Shown: positions 48,683 to 57,989, numbered from the stretch's first letter. The stretch is 64,000 nt of DNA from Longimicrobiales bacterium (GCA_965203485.1 OZ241892.1:205786-269785), one strand, 5' to 3'. The notes: generated by a model from the letters alone, not told the origin. Translations and numbers: made by a program.

Positions 48683-50464
48683 GTGGGCCGCCGCCAGGAA
48701 CGCTACGACGCGGTCGTAGTCGGGTCGGGGGCGGCGGGCGGCATGACGGCGTTCGTTCTCGCCGTGTCGGGGTTGCGGGTGCTCTTGCTGGAGGCGGGAC
48801 GCCACTACGACCCCCTGCGCGAGACGCCCATGTTCCAGTTGCCGCGCGAGGCGCCGTTGCGGGCGGCGGGCACGCGCCACAAGCCGTTCGGCTTCTACGA
48901 CGCCACCGTGGACGGCGGCTGGGAGGTGCCGGGCGAGCCGTACTCGGTGGCCGAGGGATCCGAGTTCTTGTGGTGGCGCTCGCGAATGCTGGGCGGGCGC
49001 ACCAATCACTGGGGCCGCATCTCGTTGCGCATGGGCGAGTACGACTTCAAGCCGAAGAGCCGGGACGGGCTCGGCTTCGACTGGCCGATGAGCTATGGGG
49101 ACTTGGCGCCCTACTACGACAAGACCGAGGCGCTGATCGGCGTCTACGGCTCGAACGAGGGCCTGGAGAACACGCCCGACTCCTCTCCCGGCGTGCTCCA
49201 GCCGCCGCCCAAGCCGCGCGCCTACGAGTTGCTGACCCGCAAGGCGTGCCGCCGCATGGGGATTCCGGTCGTCCCGGCGCACTTGGCCATCCTCACCGAG
49301 ATGCAGGACGCGGACCGGCTCCCGGCTCGGCTCTTCCCGGGAAATCCGCTGGCCCAGCGCGTGACCGCGGATTCGATGCGCGGCCGCGCCGCCTGCTACT
49401 GGGCGACGCCTTGCGGCCGAGGCTGCTCGATCCGGGCCAACTTCCAGTCCACGACCGTGCTGCTGCCGCCCGCGCTGGCCACGGGGAACCTCGACGTGCG
49501 GAGCGGCGCCATGGTTCGCGAGGTCGCCGTGGACGCGAGCGGGCGAGCCAGCGGCGTCCATTACGTGGACAAGGAGACGTTGCGCGACGAGTTCGCTGGC
49601 GCGCGCGTCGTGGTGTTGGCGGCGAGCGCCTGCGAGTCCGCGCGCATCCTCCTCAATTCCAAGAGCGCCCTCTTTCCGGACGGCTTGGCCAACTCGTCGG
49701 GGCTCGTGGGCAAGTACGTCATGGACACCGTGGGCGCCGGCGTGCAGGCCCACATTCCGGCGCTGGAGGGACTGCCGCCCCACAACGAGGACGGGGCGTC
49801 GGGCATGCACATGTACATGCCCTGGTGGCTGTACGGCGAACAACGCGGAGGCGCATTGGATTTCGCTCGGGGATACCACGTGGAGTTCGGCGGAGGCCGC
49901 GGGATGCCCGGCTTCGGCGCGTTCTCCGGCGTCGAGCCGCTGACGGAGGGCAGCTACGGCCGGCAGTTCAAGGACGACTGCCGCCGCTTCTACGGTAGCT
50001 TCCTTCACTTCGACGGACGCGGCGAGATGATTCCCAACGAGGACTGCTACTGCGAGATCGACCCCGAAAAGGTGGACCGCTACGGAATTCCCGTCCTCAA
50101 GTTCCACTGGAAGTGGTCCGAGCACGAGACCAGACAAGCCGCGCACATGCACGGCGCCTTCGCCGAGATCGTCGACGAAATGGGCGGACGGGTGCTGACG
50201 CCGTTGCAGACCGACGGCGCCAAGGCCATCGCCGCGGGCGGCCAGATCATCCACGAAGTCGGCGGCGCGCGCATGGGCGAGACGTCGAACGATTCGGTGC
50301 TCAACCAGTATTGCCAGTCTTGGGACGTGTCCAACCTGTTCGTGACCGACGGGGCCTGCTTCGTCTCGAACGCCGACAAGAACCCGACCCTTTCGATCCT
50401 GGCCATCGCGTGGCGGGCGGCCGACTACATCGTGGACCAGCTGACGACCCGGAGCATCGGATGA
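48683..50464 (+). CDS. GMC-family FAD oxidoreductase
   Basis: GTG start. 'YDAVVVGSGAAGG' dinucleotide fold. A C-terminal GMC block follows ('GGARMG...NLFVTDGA'). 593 aa. Confidence 0.85.
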   Translation: MGRRQERYDAVVVGSGAAGGMTAFVLAVSGLRVLLLEAGRHYDPLRETPMFQLPREAPLRAAGTRHKPFGFYDATVDGGWEVPGEPYSVAEGSEFLWWRSRMLGGRTNHWGRISLRMGEYDFKPKSRDGLGFDWPMSYGDLAPYYDKTEALIGVYGSNEGLENTPDSSPGVLQPPPKPRAYELLTRKACRRMGIPVVPAHLAILTEMQDADRLPARLFPGNPLAQRVTADSMRGRAACYWATPCGRGCSIRANFQSTTVLLPPALATGNLDVRSGAMVREVAVDASGRASGVHYVDKETLRDEFAGARVVVLAASACESARILLNSKSALFPDGLANSSGLVGKYVMDTVGAGVQAHIPALEGLPPHNEDGASGMHMYMPWWLYGEQRGGALDFARGYHVEFGGGRGMPGFGAFSGVEPLTEGSYGRQFKDDCRRFYGSFLHFDGRGEMIPNEDCYCEIDPEKVDRYGIPVLKFHWKWSEHETRQAAHMHGAFAEIVDEMGGRVLTPLQTDGAKAIAAGGQIIHEVGGARMGETSNDSVLNQYCQSWDVSNLFVTDGACFVSNADKNPTLSILAIAWRAADYIVDQLTTRSIG

Positions 50465-51213
50465 GCGCCGGCGGGCGAGGGTCGGCGCCGGCGGTGGGGT
50501 CGGGCGACGCGCCGGAGCGGGCATTGGGCGACAGCTCCGCAGGAGGCATGACGCGGCGCACCGCGCTCAAGGTGATGGCGACCACCACGGCGCTGGGCGG
50601 AGCTGGCGGTGTTGCCTGCGCGCCCGAGGCCGAGCCGTCGGCCCACGAGTCGCTATCTGGTTTCCAGCCGCTCCCGCCGCGCAACCCCTTGGCGGCGGGA
50701 ACCCCCACGGATCCCGACTTGCTGGCCCCGTCCGTCCCTTGGGAGTTCGTGCTGACCGCCGAAGAGCGCCGCCTCGCCTCGGTCCTGGCCGACGTGATCC
50801 TGCCCGGCGACGACCGTTCCCCGTCGGCCAGCGCCGTCGGCGTGGTGGACTACGTGGACGAGTTCGTCTCCGCGCCCGGCCACGAGGAACTGCTCGCGAT
50901 GGTGCGTGGCGGCTTGGTCTGGCTCAACCGGACGGCCCAGGAGCGCTTCGGCGCAGGCTTCGCCGAGATATTGGCCGGCCAGCAACGCGAGATCTGCGAC
51001 GAAATCTGCTTCGAGCCCGCCGCTCCGCCGCTTCTGAAGCCCCAGGCGCGTTTCTTCGACCTCTTCCGCGACGTCGTCTCAACCGGCTTCTGGACCACCG
51101 ACGAGGGCATGCGCGACCTCGGCTACGTCGGCAACGTGCCGTTGCCCAGCTTCGACGGCCCGCCCCCCGAAGTGCTGGAGCCGCTGGGACTGTCGGGGGA
51201 GGACTTGGAGTAG
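50461..51213 (+). CDS. Gluconate 2-dehydrogenase subunit-3-family protein (Tat signal)
   Basis: ATGA overlap with the GMC gene. 'MTRRTALKVMATTTALGGAG' gives an alternative start at 50548. The family-typical C-terminal 'FWTTDEGMRDLGYVGN' is present. Confidence 0.75.
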   Translation: MSAGGRGSAPAVGSGDAPERALGDSSAGGMTRRTALKVMATTTALGGAGGVACAPEAEPSAHESLSGFQPLPPRNPLAAGTPTDPDLLAPSVPWEFVLTAEERRLASVLADVILPGDDRSPSASAVGVVDYVDEFVSAPGHEELLAMVRGGLVWLNRTAQERFGAGFAEILAGQQREICDEICFEPAAPPLLKPQARFFDLFRDVVSTGFWTTDEGMRDLGYVGNVPLPSFDGPPPEVLEPLGLSGEDLE

Positions 51214-51327
51214 GCCCAGGTGGCACGCCGTTGCCGGCTTGCGAAAGACTTGTTTTAGCTTGGGGCCTTAAAGTTTAATAGCGCGATTCGCCATTCAAGC
51301 CGCCTTTACTAAAGGAGGCTCGGGGCC

Positions 51328-52500
51328 ATGAGCCGAAGGAAGACTGGTCGGTACGAGACCACGGCGGCCGGGGGCGAGCGAGTCCGCGCCTTCGTCCCGG
51401 CGCCGTTGCCGCCGAAGCCCCGTCTGCTCCTCGACGGGCCGCTCCTGAGACGGCTGGAATCGGCAACTCTTGCGCTAGGCCGGTTGGACAGCGTCTCGGC
51501 CCTTCTCCCCGACGAGGCCCTCTTCATCTACTCGTACGTCCGCAAGGAAGCCGTCCTCTCCTCCCAGATCGAAGGCACCCAGTCCTCCCTCTCCGACCTC
51601 TTGCTCTTCGAGTCGGGAGAGACGCCGGGAATCCCACGCGACGACGTCCTTGAAGTTTCCAACTACGTTGCCGCCCTCGACCACGGCCTGCGTCGCCTGA
51701 AAGAGGGCTTCCCCTTGTCCAACCGCTTGATCCGGGAGGCTCACGGCGTCCTTCTGTCCACGGGCGGGCAAGCCCGGGCGACTCCCGGCGAGTTCCGGCG
51801 CTCGCAAAACTGGGTCGGGGGTTCCAGACCGGGAAACGCCGTGTTCGTGCCCCCGCCTCACACCGCGGTGCAGGACTGCATGGCGGACCTGGAGCGCTTC
51901 CTTCACGCCGAAGACGACGGCCTCCCCACACTGGTCCGGGCGGGGCTTGCCCATGTCCAGTTCGAGACGATCCACCCCTTCCTCGACGGCAACGGGCGCG
52001 TGGGGCGCCTCCTCGTCACCCTCCTGCTGAGCCACGCCGGCGTGCTGCGCCAACCGCTTCTCTACCTGAGCCTCTTCCTGAAGCGGCATCGCCAAGAGTA
52101 CTACAGACTGCTCGACCACGTGCGGCAAACGGGCGACTGGGAGGCGTGGCTCGCGTTCTTCCTGGAAGGAGTCGAGACCACGGCGGAGGGCGCCGTCGAG
52201 ACGGCCCGGCAACTTCACGGAATCTTCCGGCGCGACTACGACCGCATCAGCGCCGTCGCGGGGCGTCGAACCGGATCGACCCTGCAAGTGCACGAAGTCC
52301 TCAAGGCCAAGTTGGTCGTGTCGATCAGGGGTGCTGCGAACATCACCGGCCTGACGTTTCCCACGGTCTCTCGGGCGATGCAGCTTCTGGTCGAGCGCGG
52401 CATCGCCCGAGAGGTGACCGGAGCGCCGCGCAATCGTCTGTACGTCTACGGGGAGTACATGGAGGCGCTGAACGAGGGGGTGGACGAGCCGCCGGCGTGA
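51328..52500 (+). CDS. Fic family protein (paralogue of 15227..16579)
   Basis: ATG preceded by 'AAAGGAGG'. 'HPFLDGNGRVGRLL', inhibitory-type 'SSQIEG' and a C-terminal wHTH. 390 aa. Confidence 0.9.
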   Translation: MSRRKTGRYETTAAGGERVRAFVPAPLPPKPRLLLDGPLLRRLESATLALGRLDSVSALLPDEALFIYSYVRKEAVLSSQIEGTQSSLSDLLLFESGETPGIPRDDVLEVSNYVAALDHGLRRLKEGFPLSNRLIREAHGVLLSTGGQARATPGEFRRSQNWVGGSRPGNAVFVPPPHTAVQDCMADLERFLHAEDDGLPTLVRAGLAHVQFETIHPFLDGNGRVGRLLVTLLLSHAGVLRQPLLYLSLFLKRHRQEYYRLLDHVRQTGDWEAWLAFFLEGVETTAEGAVETARQLHGIFRRDYDRISAVAGRRTGSTLQVHEVLKAKLVVSIRGAANITGLTFPTVSRAMQLLVERGIAREVTGAPRNRLYVYGEYMEALNEGVDEPPA

Positions 52501-52632
52501 GCTGGGTTGCGACTGTTTGCGGGACGCGGCTGGCGGAGCCGCCCGAAATGGTTGACGGAGTCCCACCATCCCATTAAGTTGAATGCCTTGATCATCGGAC
52601 ACACGGCCCGCCCAAGGGCACCCGACGCAAGC

Positions 52633-53105
52633 ATGAAGAAAGACATCGAGAGCTACGCGCACCGCGACAAGGAGCGCGCCAACAAACCGCCGGTCGGCCT
52701 GGTGACGCCCGCCACGGACAAGGACGCCGGCAAGAAGACCTACGCCCACGACCCCCACATCGATCCCGAACTCTCGTGGGCGGGCAAGGCCGAGCACATG
52801 TCGTTCGAGGTCCCGACCGTCTCGCTCCATGTCCACGAGCGGATCGACCCGCGCACCATCGTGGAAGCGGTCCGCAAGCGCAACGGCGACACGGCTCGCA
52901 GAACTCCCTGTTCGAGGACCCCGCCAAGAACCCCCCGATCCGGCAGGCCATCGACTTCTACCGCCACCGACACAACTGGACCAACCGCCTCGTCGCCGGC
53001 GACAGCCTGCTGGTCATGAACAGCCTGCTGGAGAAGGAAGGCCTGGGCGGCAAGGTGCAGATGGTGTACATGGACTCGCCCTACGGGATTCGGTACGGGT
53101 CCTTC
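52633..53105 (+). pseudogene. N-terminal fragment of a type-III-Mod-like N6/N4 DNA methyltransferase (frameshifted, truncated)
   Basis: 'MKKDIESYAHRDKERANKPPVGLVTPA...YAHDPHIDPELSWAGKAEHMSFEVPTVSLHVHERIDPRTIVEAVRK' is followed, after a frame change near 52890, by 'SLFEDPAKNPPIRQAIDFYRHRHNWTNRLVAGDSLLVMNSLLEKEGLGGKVQMVYMDSPYGI'. The fragment stops just after motif IV, which reads DSPY rather than DPPY. Confidence 0.65.
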
Positions 53106-53408
53106 TGGTGGATCGGTTTCGCGACAGTAGCCCGGACGCCCGAGAATCTCGATCTTTCGGCTCCCCGAGCTCCTTTCCCTCGATTGCCGGGCGTTGACGG
53201 ACGAGCAGATCGACCGGGCGAACGCCATGTTCGACGAGTTCGTGCAGATCGACCTGCTCCCCGCAAGCCTACCGAGACGACAGGAACTCCACGTCGCCAT
53301 CCTCTGCGACCTGCTCGGCATGCTTGAGAGCATCTTGGAGCCGCTTGCGACCGTGCGCCTCGCATGGTGCTCGGAGCCGACAGTGCACGGCGGTGAGAGT
53401 ACGAGACC

Positions 53409-54512
53409 ATGAGTGCAGAATCTACCACCGCGGAACAACACATCGAAACGTTGATGAACATGCTGTTGGGCCTGCGCCAGCCGGGGGAGCCACCCGATCA
53501 CAGAGATGCCAAATTTTGGATTTGCCTTTCCCTTACCAACTACGCATGGGTTGTTTTTCCCGAAGAATCACACTTCATGTGTGCTTTACATATTCCACAA
53601 TCCGATGATTTTTCGATTTTCTGCTCTGATGAAACTGCCGATGATGCCAAGCAAAGAATCAACAACTTGGTCCCCACCGAAATGCAGAAATGGTACCCAT
53701 GCAGTAGTCGAGATCACGCGGTTGCACTATTGCATTTTTTCGAGCTGACACGATATCACTTGAGATGGGGCGGAGTTCATCGTGGATTATGGAAAAATGC
53801 TCCATTTACAGGAAAGACTACCCCGCCCGGCACCTCTAATAAACTTGGCCTCCGATATGGTCATCCCACCGAAAAGTGGCCAGCAAGTGAAACTATATCG
53901 ATTTGGGCCGGTGCTACGCATGTTTTAGATACAGCAATCAACGATCCAACACTCGCCAACAACACTAATCTTCTAGACAACCCACACGTCAAAGAAAGCA
54001 TCAGCATGTTTTGTCGACCACTGATCGGACGGGATCGACCTCAAGGTCTACTGACATATCTGAACACCAGCTTTAGGGAACATCAGCCTCTGCTCGAACT
54101 GTGGATGAAAATCATCCGCAAAATACGAAACAACTGCATAGCTCATCTCCCAAACAAGAGTTTCGTACTCGACCGATTTGGCATTCAGGAATGTATAGCC
54201 ACCCGCACCTTGATCTCACAGGCAAAGGTTGCATGGGAACAAGCGAATGTACCCATCCCGGAACAAGTATATGATATATCCCCGGACGATGTGGTAAATC
54301 TGGGTTTTGCTGTAGCGATAAACACGAAAAGACCGGATCTAACAACAACCCTTGGAGACACATTCCAGGATGCTATTAGCATTCTTAATGTGCGCAAGTG
54401 CTTTGAGAATGGAAACCACACAGAAATGTACAAGGAGTTGGCGAGACTTGGCGCACGATATGTCTTGAAATACAACCGTCGTGTGGAACATTCTCAAGAT
54501 GCGGTACGCTAA
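53409..54512 (+). CDS. Low-G+C orphan protein with a single HEPN-like Rx5H motif
   Basis: 367-aa ORF, markedly A+T-richer than its flanks. The motif is 'LELWMKIIRKIRNNCIAHLPNK'. I recognise no other family. Confidence 0.6.
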   Translation: MSAESTTAEQHIETLMNMLLGLRQPGEPPDHRDAKFWICLSLTNYAWVVFPEESHFMCALHIPQSDDFSIFCSDETADDAKQRINNLVPTEMQKWYPCSSRDHAVALLHFFELTRYHLRWGGVHRGLWKNAPFTGKTTPPGTSNKLGLRYGHPTEKWPASETISIWAGATHVLDTAINDPTLANNTNLLDNPHVKESISMFCRPLIGRDRPQGLLTYLNTSFREHQPLLELWMKIIRKIRNNCIAHLPNKSFVLDRFGIQECIATRTLISQAKVAWEQANVPIPEQVYDISPDDVVNLGFAVAINTKRPDLTTTLGDTFQDAISILNVRKCFENGNHTEMYKELARLGARYVLKYNRRVEHSQDAVR

Positions 54513-54738
54513 ATATTGCATGGTGAGAAGCAAGATGCATTCATACGAGCATACCAGCATTACAAACAGGCCGGAGATTCAAATCCAATCCAAAGTGCAT
54601 TAAAGACGACTACCCCAGCCCCACGGAGAAGCGGTACATCGGGGTCGAGTCGCGCAGGCGCATGAACATCCGGCCGTAGAGGCTACGCGAGAAGAAGACC
54701 TTCGATCCGCACCGTCGGTGCCGATCCCCATGCTCGTA

Positions 54739-55595
54739 GAACCTATCTCAAAAAGCCGAGATGGTTGAAGAAGATGCAGATGGCGGACAGTTGAACGAAC
54801 GCCAGGAAGTTCTCGGGATGATATTCCCAACGGACCAACAGCCGGCGCTTCCACTGCATCCACCCGAAGAACCGCTCGACAATCCATCGTCGCTTCGCCC
54901 GCCGACGCCGACGACCGTCCTGCGTCCGCGGCCGCGTTCGATTGCGCCGGTGCGGCGCGACCATCTCGATGCCTCGCGCACGCAAGGCCGCGTCCAGCGG
55001 GTCGCTGTCGTACGCCTTGTCGCCGATCAAGTTTGCCGGCGTGTCGTCCGTGAACGCCAAGTCCAGCGACAACTGGACGAGCGTCGCCTCGTGAGGATTC
55101 GCAGGATGCGTGCTCAACGACAGCGGAAGACCGCAACGGTCCACGACCGCCATGATCTTCACGCCCTTGCCCGCCTTGGTGTTTCCCACGCCCGCCCCGC
55201 CTCCCTTCGCCCGCGCGAACGACGCGTCCACGCATGCCTCCGTGCCGTCGAAGAGACCCCGTTGCCTCGCTTCCCCCGCCAAGTCCCTCAGCACCCGTTC
55301 GAGCACTCCCGTCCGGACCCAAGTCTGGACCCTCCGGTGCACGGTCTTGTAGTTCGGATAGTGTTGCGGCAGAAAGCTCCACTGGGCGCCCGTGTGCAGA
55401 ATCCACAGCACAGCCTCGAACACGCGCCGGGCGGGCACCGGCGGCCGCCCCAGCCGCTTCCCCTTTTGCGCTTCCTCGGGAAAGTGGTGGCGAATCCGCT
55501 CCCACTGCTCGTCGCTCAGCTTCACCGTCGTCATGCCTCGAAGATGAACAACTCCCCGGCCCATCGCAACCCATCATGCTTTTTGAGATAGGCTC
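54739..55595 (-). mobile_element. IS5-family insertion sequence (IS427-like size), 857 bp, with TA target-site duplication
   Basis: The 18-bp terminal inverted repeats read GA(A/G)CCTATCTCAAAAAGC (54739..54756 and the reverse complement of 55578..55595, one mismatch). TA flanks lie at 54737-38 and 55596-97. Confidence 0.85.
54743..55534 (-). CDS. IS5-family DDE transposase
   Basis: 'MTTVKLSDEQWERIRHHFP...GRPPVPARRVFEAVLWILHTGAQW...' is the DUF4096-type N-terminus. 'VDASF', 'IGDKAYDS' and 'RWIVERFFGWMQ' are the DDE blocks. The stop codon lies inside the left IR. Confidence 0.9.
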   Translation of the reverse strand: MTTVKLSDEQWERIRHHFPEEAQKGKRLGRPPVPARRVFEAVLWILHTGAQWSFLPQHYPNYKTVHRRVQTWVRTGVLERVLRDLAGEARQRGLFDGTEACVDASFARAKGGGAGVGNTKAGKGVKIMAVVDRCGLPLSLSTHPANPHEATLVQLSLDLAFTDDTPANLIGDKAYDSDPLDAALRARGIEMVAPHRRNRTRPRTQDGRRRRRAKRRWIVERFFGWMQWKRRLLVRWEYHPENFLAFVQLSAICIFFNHLGFLR

Positions 55596-55749
55596 TAGGC
55601 ATAGTCCTCGGCGAGGCCAAGCCACCGGTTCACTGCCGCATCATTCCAGTCCGACATCGCAAACTCCGGGAAGTCGGACCGAAATGACGCTAGCAGCTCA
55701 TGGTCCTCCATGTGCTACTTCTTCGGAGGTGGCGTTGGCTCCGGCGTCG

Positions 55750-56124
55750 ACCGTCTTCGCCGCGCTGGAGTCCGGCGGTCACGACAAGATCGCCACTTGG
55801 ATGCTCGACCCAGACTACGACGGACGAAGCCTCTTGCCCCGCCAAGTGTTCTTCCCGGCCGGCAACGCCCGCCACGACTGGAATCGCCTGGCGAAGAACC
55901 TCAAGGCCAAGATTGACCCGAGCCTGATCGAAACCTACCGCGGCACCGTTTCCCTGTCGTTCAAGGACGGCAAGTACGGCCACTGCGCCGTCAAGATTGT
56001 GGCCGATCGTGGCATGCCCACCGAGGGTCCTTCTGGACAGCAAGACGCTGGAGGACATGGCAAGATCACATCCGAGAGCACCCTGCTGACGGCTGGAGGG
56101 CGAATTGAGCGCTGCGCATCGTGA
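55750..56124 (+). pseudogene. C-terminal fragment of the same Mod-like methyltransferase family
   Basis: 'IATWMLDPDYDGRSLLPRQVFFPAGNARHDWNRLAKNLKAKIDPSLIETYRGTVSLSFKDGKYGHCAVKIVADRG' matches the conserved C-terminus of these enzymes. Confidence 0.55.
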
Positions 56125-56680
56125 GGAAGTCCTCCAACGAAGCCACGGCGCGCCTCGGGTCCGACATGTCGGGCTGGTAGGCCTGCAAGTGCGGCCACGC
56201 AGGGGAATCGACACCGGGCAACAACTCCTCGTCCACGGCGATGCCGAACGCCACGGACATCACGCTCTTGGTGACGGACTGTAGCGTGTGAAGGCCGGTG
56301 TCGCGGTAGAAGGGGTGCCAAGCGGGGTGGTCGTAGTTGTACCGGTGGTTGGCCGTGTCCTCTTGCGCGGTCAGGAGCGCAAACGTACCGGGCGGCGTGG
56401 TCCCAGTTGCGGTCGACGATGACGCGGCCGTGGCGGACGAGGAGGAAGTGATCGATCAGGCCGTAGCACCCAGCGTTGATGTCGACCAAGAGCGAATCGA
56501 CGGCGGCCGGGTCTACGCCCTCGGCTTCGGGGGTAGCGCCGGGCCACTGGCTCGCTGGTTGCTGGTCCGCGTCGGAGGGATGGCATGCGAGTGCCACTGC
56601 CGCGAGGCGAGAGCGAGAGCATAGGCGGGGACGAAGGACGGCGGGCCGGGCCGGACGGGACTCGGGTTTGGCTTGCTCAT
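56066..56680 (-). pseudogene. Beta-lactamase-family serine hydrolase, frameshifted and 3'-truncated
   Basis: Fragments lie in three frames: 'MSKPNPSP...', 'WPGATPEAEGVDPAAVDSLLVDINAGCYGLIDHFLLVRHGRVIVDRNWDHA', and 'YNYDHPAWHPFYRDTGLHTLQSVTKSVMSVAFGIAVDE' (SxxK motif). It ends at the Mod fragment. Confidence 0.55.
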
Positions 56681-56887
56681 GGCGAATCCCTTTGGATGTG
56701 GAGGGGTTCCGGCCGACGTGACCGCCGGCCAAGTGCGTGAAGTCTGAGACGAAATCTGTTGCGAGCCGACCGCCTCGCCGTAGCTTGGAGGCAACAGGTG
56801 CGGAGGCTACCTTCGCACGTCGCCGTCCATGCGGGTAGCGTCCCTCGGTCAACCCCCTTGCCCCTGGAGATTACGGAGCGAGAGCTG

Positions 56888-57155
56888 ATGTTGACCAGAC
56901 TCACGTCCGACAACCAACTTACGTTGCCCGAGGCCGTAGCCGACAGACTTTGAGGGTACGGAGCACCTTGAGGTAGCCCTGGAGGCCGACCGCCTCGTCT
57001 TGACGCCTGTGCAGGTTGTTCGCGCCGTTGCGGTTCGTGCCAATCTGGCCGAGATGGGCATCACCGAAGAGGATGTTGCCGACGCCGTGAAGTGGGCGCG
57101 CAGTTCCGTTGCTGAACCGACTCTAGACGTCGCTCCATCAGGTCGCCGCCCGTAG
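56888..57155 (+). pseudogene. AbrB/MazE-type antitoxin-like gene with a +1 frameshift near 56946-56951
   Basis: 'MLTRLTSDNQLTLPEAVADRL*' continues in the next frame as 'FEGTEHLEVALEADRLVLTPV...EMGITEEDVADAVKWARS'. No toxin partner is visible. Confidence 0.4.
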
Positions 57156-57989
57156 CATCACCACCTCCGTGTCCAGCCCATGGTGCGCCACGTCCAGCTG
57201 GGGCGACTCGGCGGCAAGGCCCCGGGCCGTCACGTAGGACACCCGGAAGGGGAAAAGGCCGGGTTGCCCGAGCAGCTCCCGGACGGGCCCGGCAGGCTCG
57301 CCGTCTCGGATGTGAAGAGCGGCCTCCGCCAGCCAAGCGACCAACGCTGGGGCGTGGACCCAGCATGGCTCGCCGGCAACGTATCGACCCTGCGTCTCGG
57401 TGTCGGCCAGGATTCCCCAGTCCACGAACGACCGCACGACGCGTTGCGTGGCCCGGACGACGGTGGGGCGCTCGCCGTACTGCTCCTGGACGCGGCGGTG
57501 GACCTGGGCGGCGGTGGCGACGCCCTGCAGACGGAGGAGCCGGCCGACCTGGGTTGCAACGGCGTTCCAGAAGGGGTAGGCCGCCATCGTCATGCCCCAG
57601 TGCACGGCCAAGCGCCCGGTGGACTCCGTGGTGCCCGCCGGTTCGGTGGTCACCGCCGGTTCCGTGAGCCCGGCTGACTCCATGACCTCCGCTGGCTTGG
57701 TGGCCCTCGCCAGCCTCATGCCGTCCAGAAGGCGTAGGCCGGCGTCGCGCAACGGGAGGAGTCGCGGGGGCGGTCCGCACCAGATTCGCATCAGGATGGT
57801 GATCGTCTTTTCGCGGTTGCCGCGAGGGCTGGTTCCACCCACCGACACCTTCTCTTCAAGCATCTCCGCCAGGGCCGACCAAGCCTGCGCGCGGTCGCGT
57901 CCGGCGCGCGCCAACCCCGCCGCCTCGTCCAGCCACTCCAGTCGGAGGCGCTGGCTGAGCCCGACCGCTTGCGACGCCGGGCCGCTCAC
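57138..57989 (-). CDS. Hypothetical protein translationally coupled to PglZ
   Basis: The GTG overlaps the PglZ stop (GTGA). 283 aa. It has an internal 'TEPAVTTEPAGTTEST' mini-repeat. I could not assign a family, and BrxA/DUF1819-like is only a guess. Confidence 0.55.
   Translation of the reverse strand: MSGPASQAVGLSQRLRLEWLDEAAGLARAGRDRAQAWSALAEMLEEKVSVGGTSPRGNREKTITILMRIWCGPPPRLLPLRDAGLRLLDGMRLARATKPAEVMESAGLTEPAVTTEPAGTTESTGRLAVHWGMTMAAYPFWNAVATQVGRLLRLQGVATAAQVHRRVQEQYGERPTVVRATQRVVRSFVDWGILADTETQGRYVAGEPCWVHAPALVAWLAEAALHIRDGEPAGPVRELLGQPGLFPFRVSYVTARGLAAESPQLDVAHHGLDTEVVMLRAAT

Larger units (their letters stand above)
54610..55711 (-). pseudogene. Small ORF (80 aa when restored) split by the IS
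   Basis: Removing the IS and one TA copy joins '...RWLGLAEDYA' (55711..55598) in frame to 'YEHGDRHRRCGSKVFFSRSLYGRMFMRLRDSTPMYRFSVGLG*' (54738..54610). 'FRSDFPEFA' is faintly phage-protein-like. Confidence 0.35.

Noticed and set aside
47111-50524. 1137-aa minus-strand ORF. Similar long ORFs occur at 24732..26924(-), 27778..30498(-), 36390..38492(-), 41154..44222(+), 31158..33503(+), 45218..47779(+ part) and 13509..15347(+).
   Set aside because: All lie antisense to, or out of frame with, genes that have clear family motifs. Their translations are dominated by R/G/A/P runs. I treated them as compositional artefacts.
51221-51235. Sigma-54-like element TGGCACGCCGTTGCC, 93 nt upstream of the second Fic gene.
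   Set aside because: The GG-to-GC spacing is one nucleotide shorter than the canonical TGGCAC-N5-TTGC arrangement, and that spacing is normally strict. It is not called as a promoter.
57620-57680. Mini-repeat 'TEPAVTTEPAGTTEST' in the PglZ-coupled protein.
   Set aside because: There are only two to three imperfect copies, which looks like a flexible linker. It is noted in the feature but not considered a separate element.
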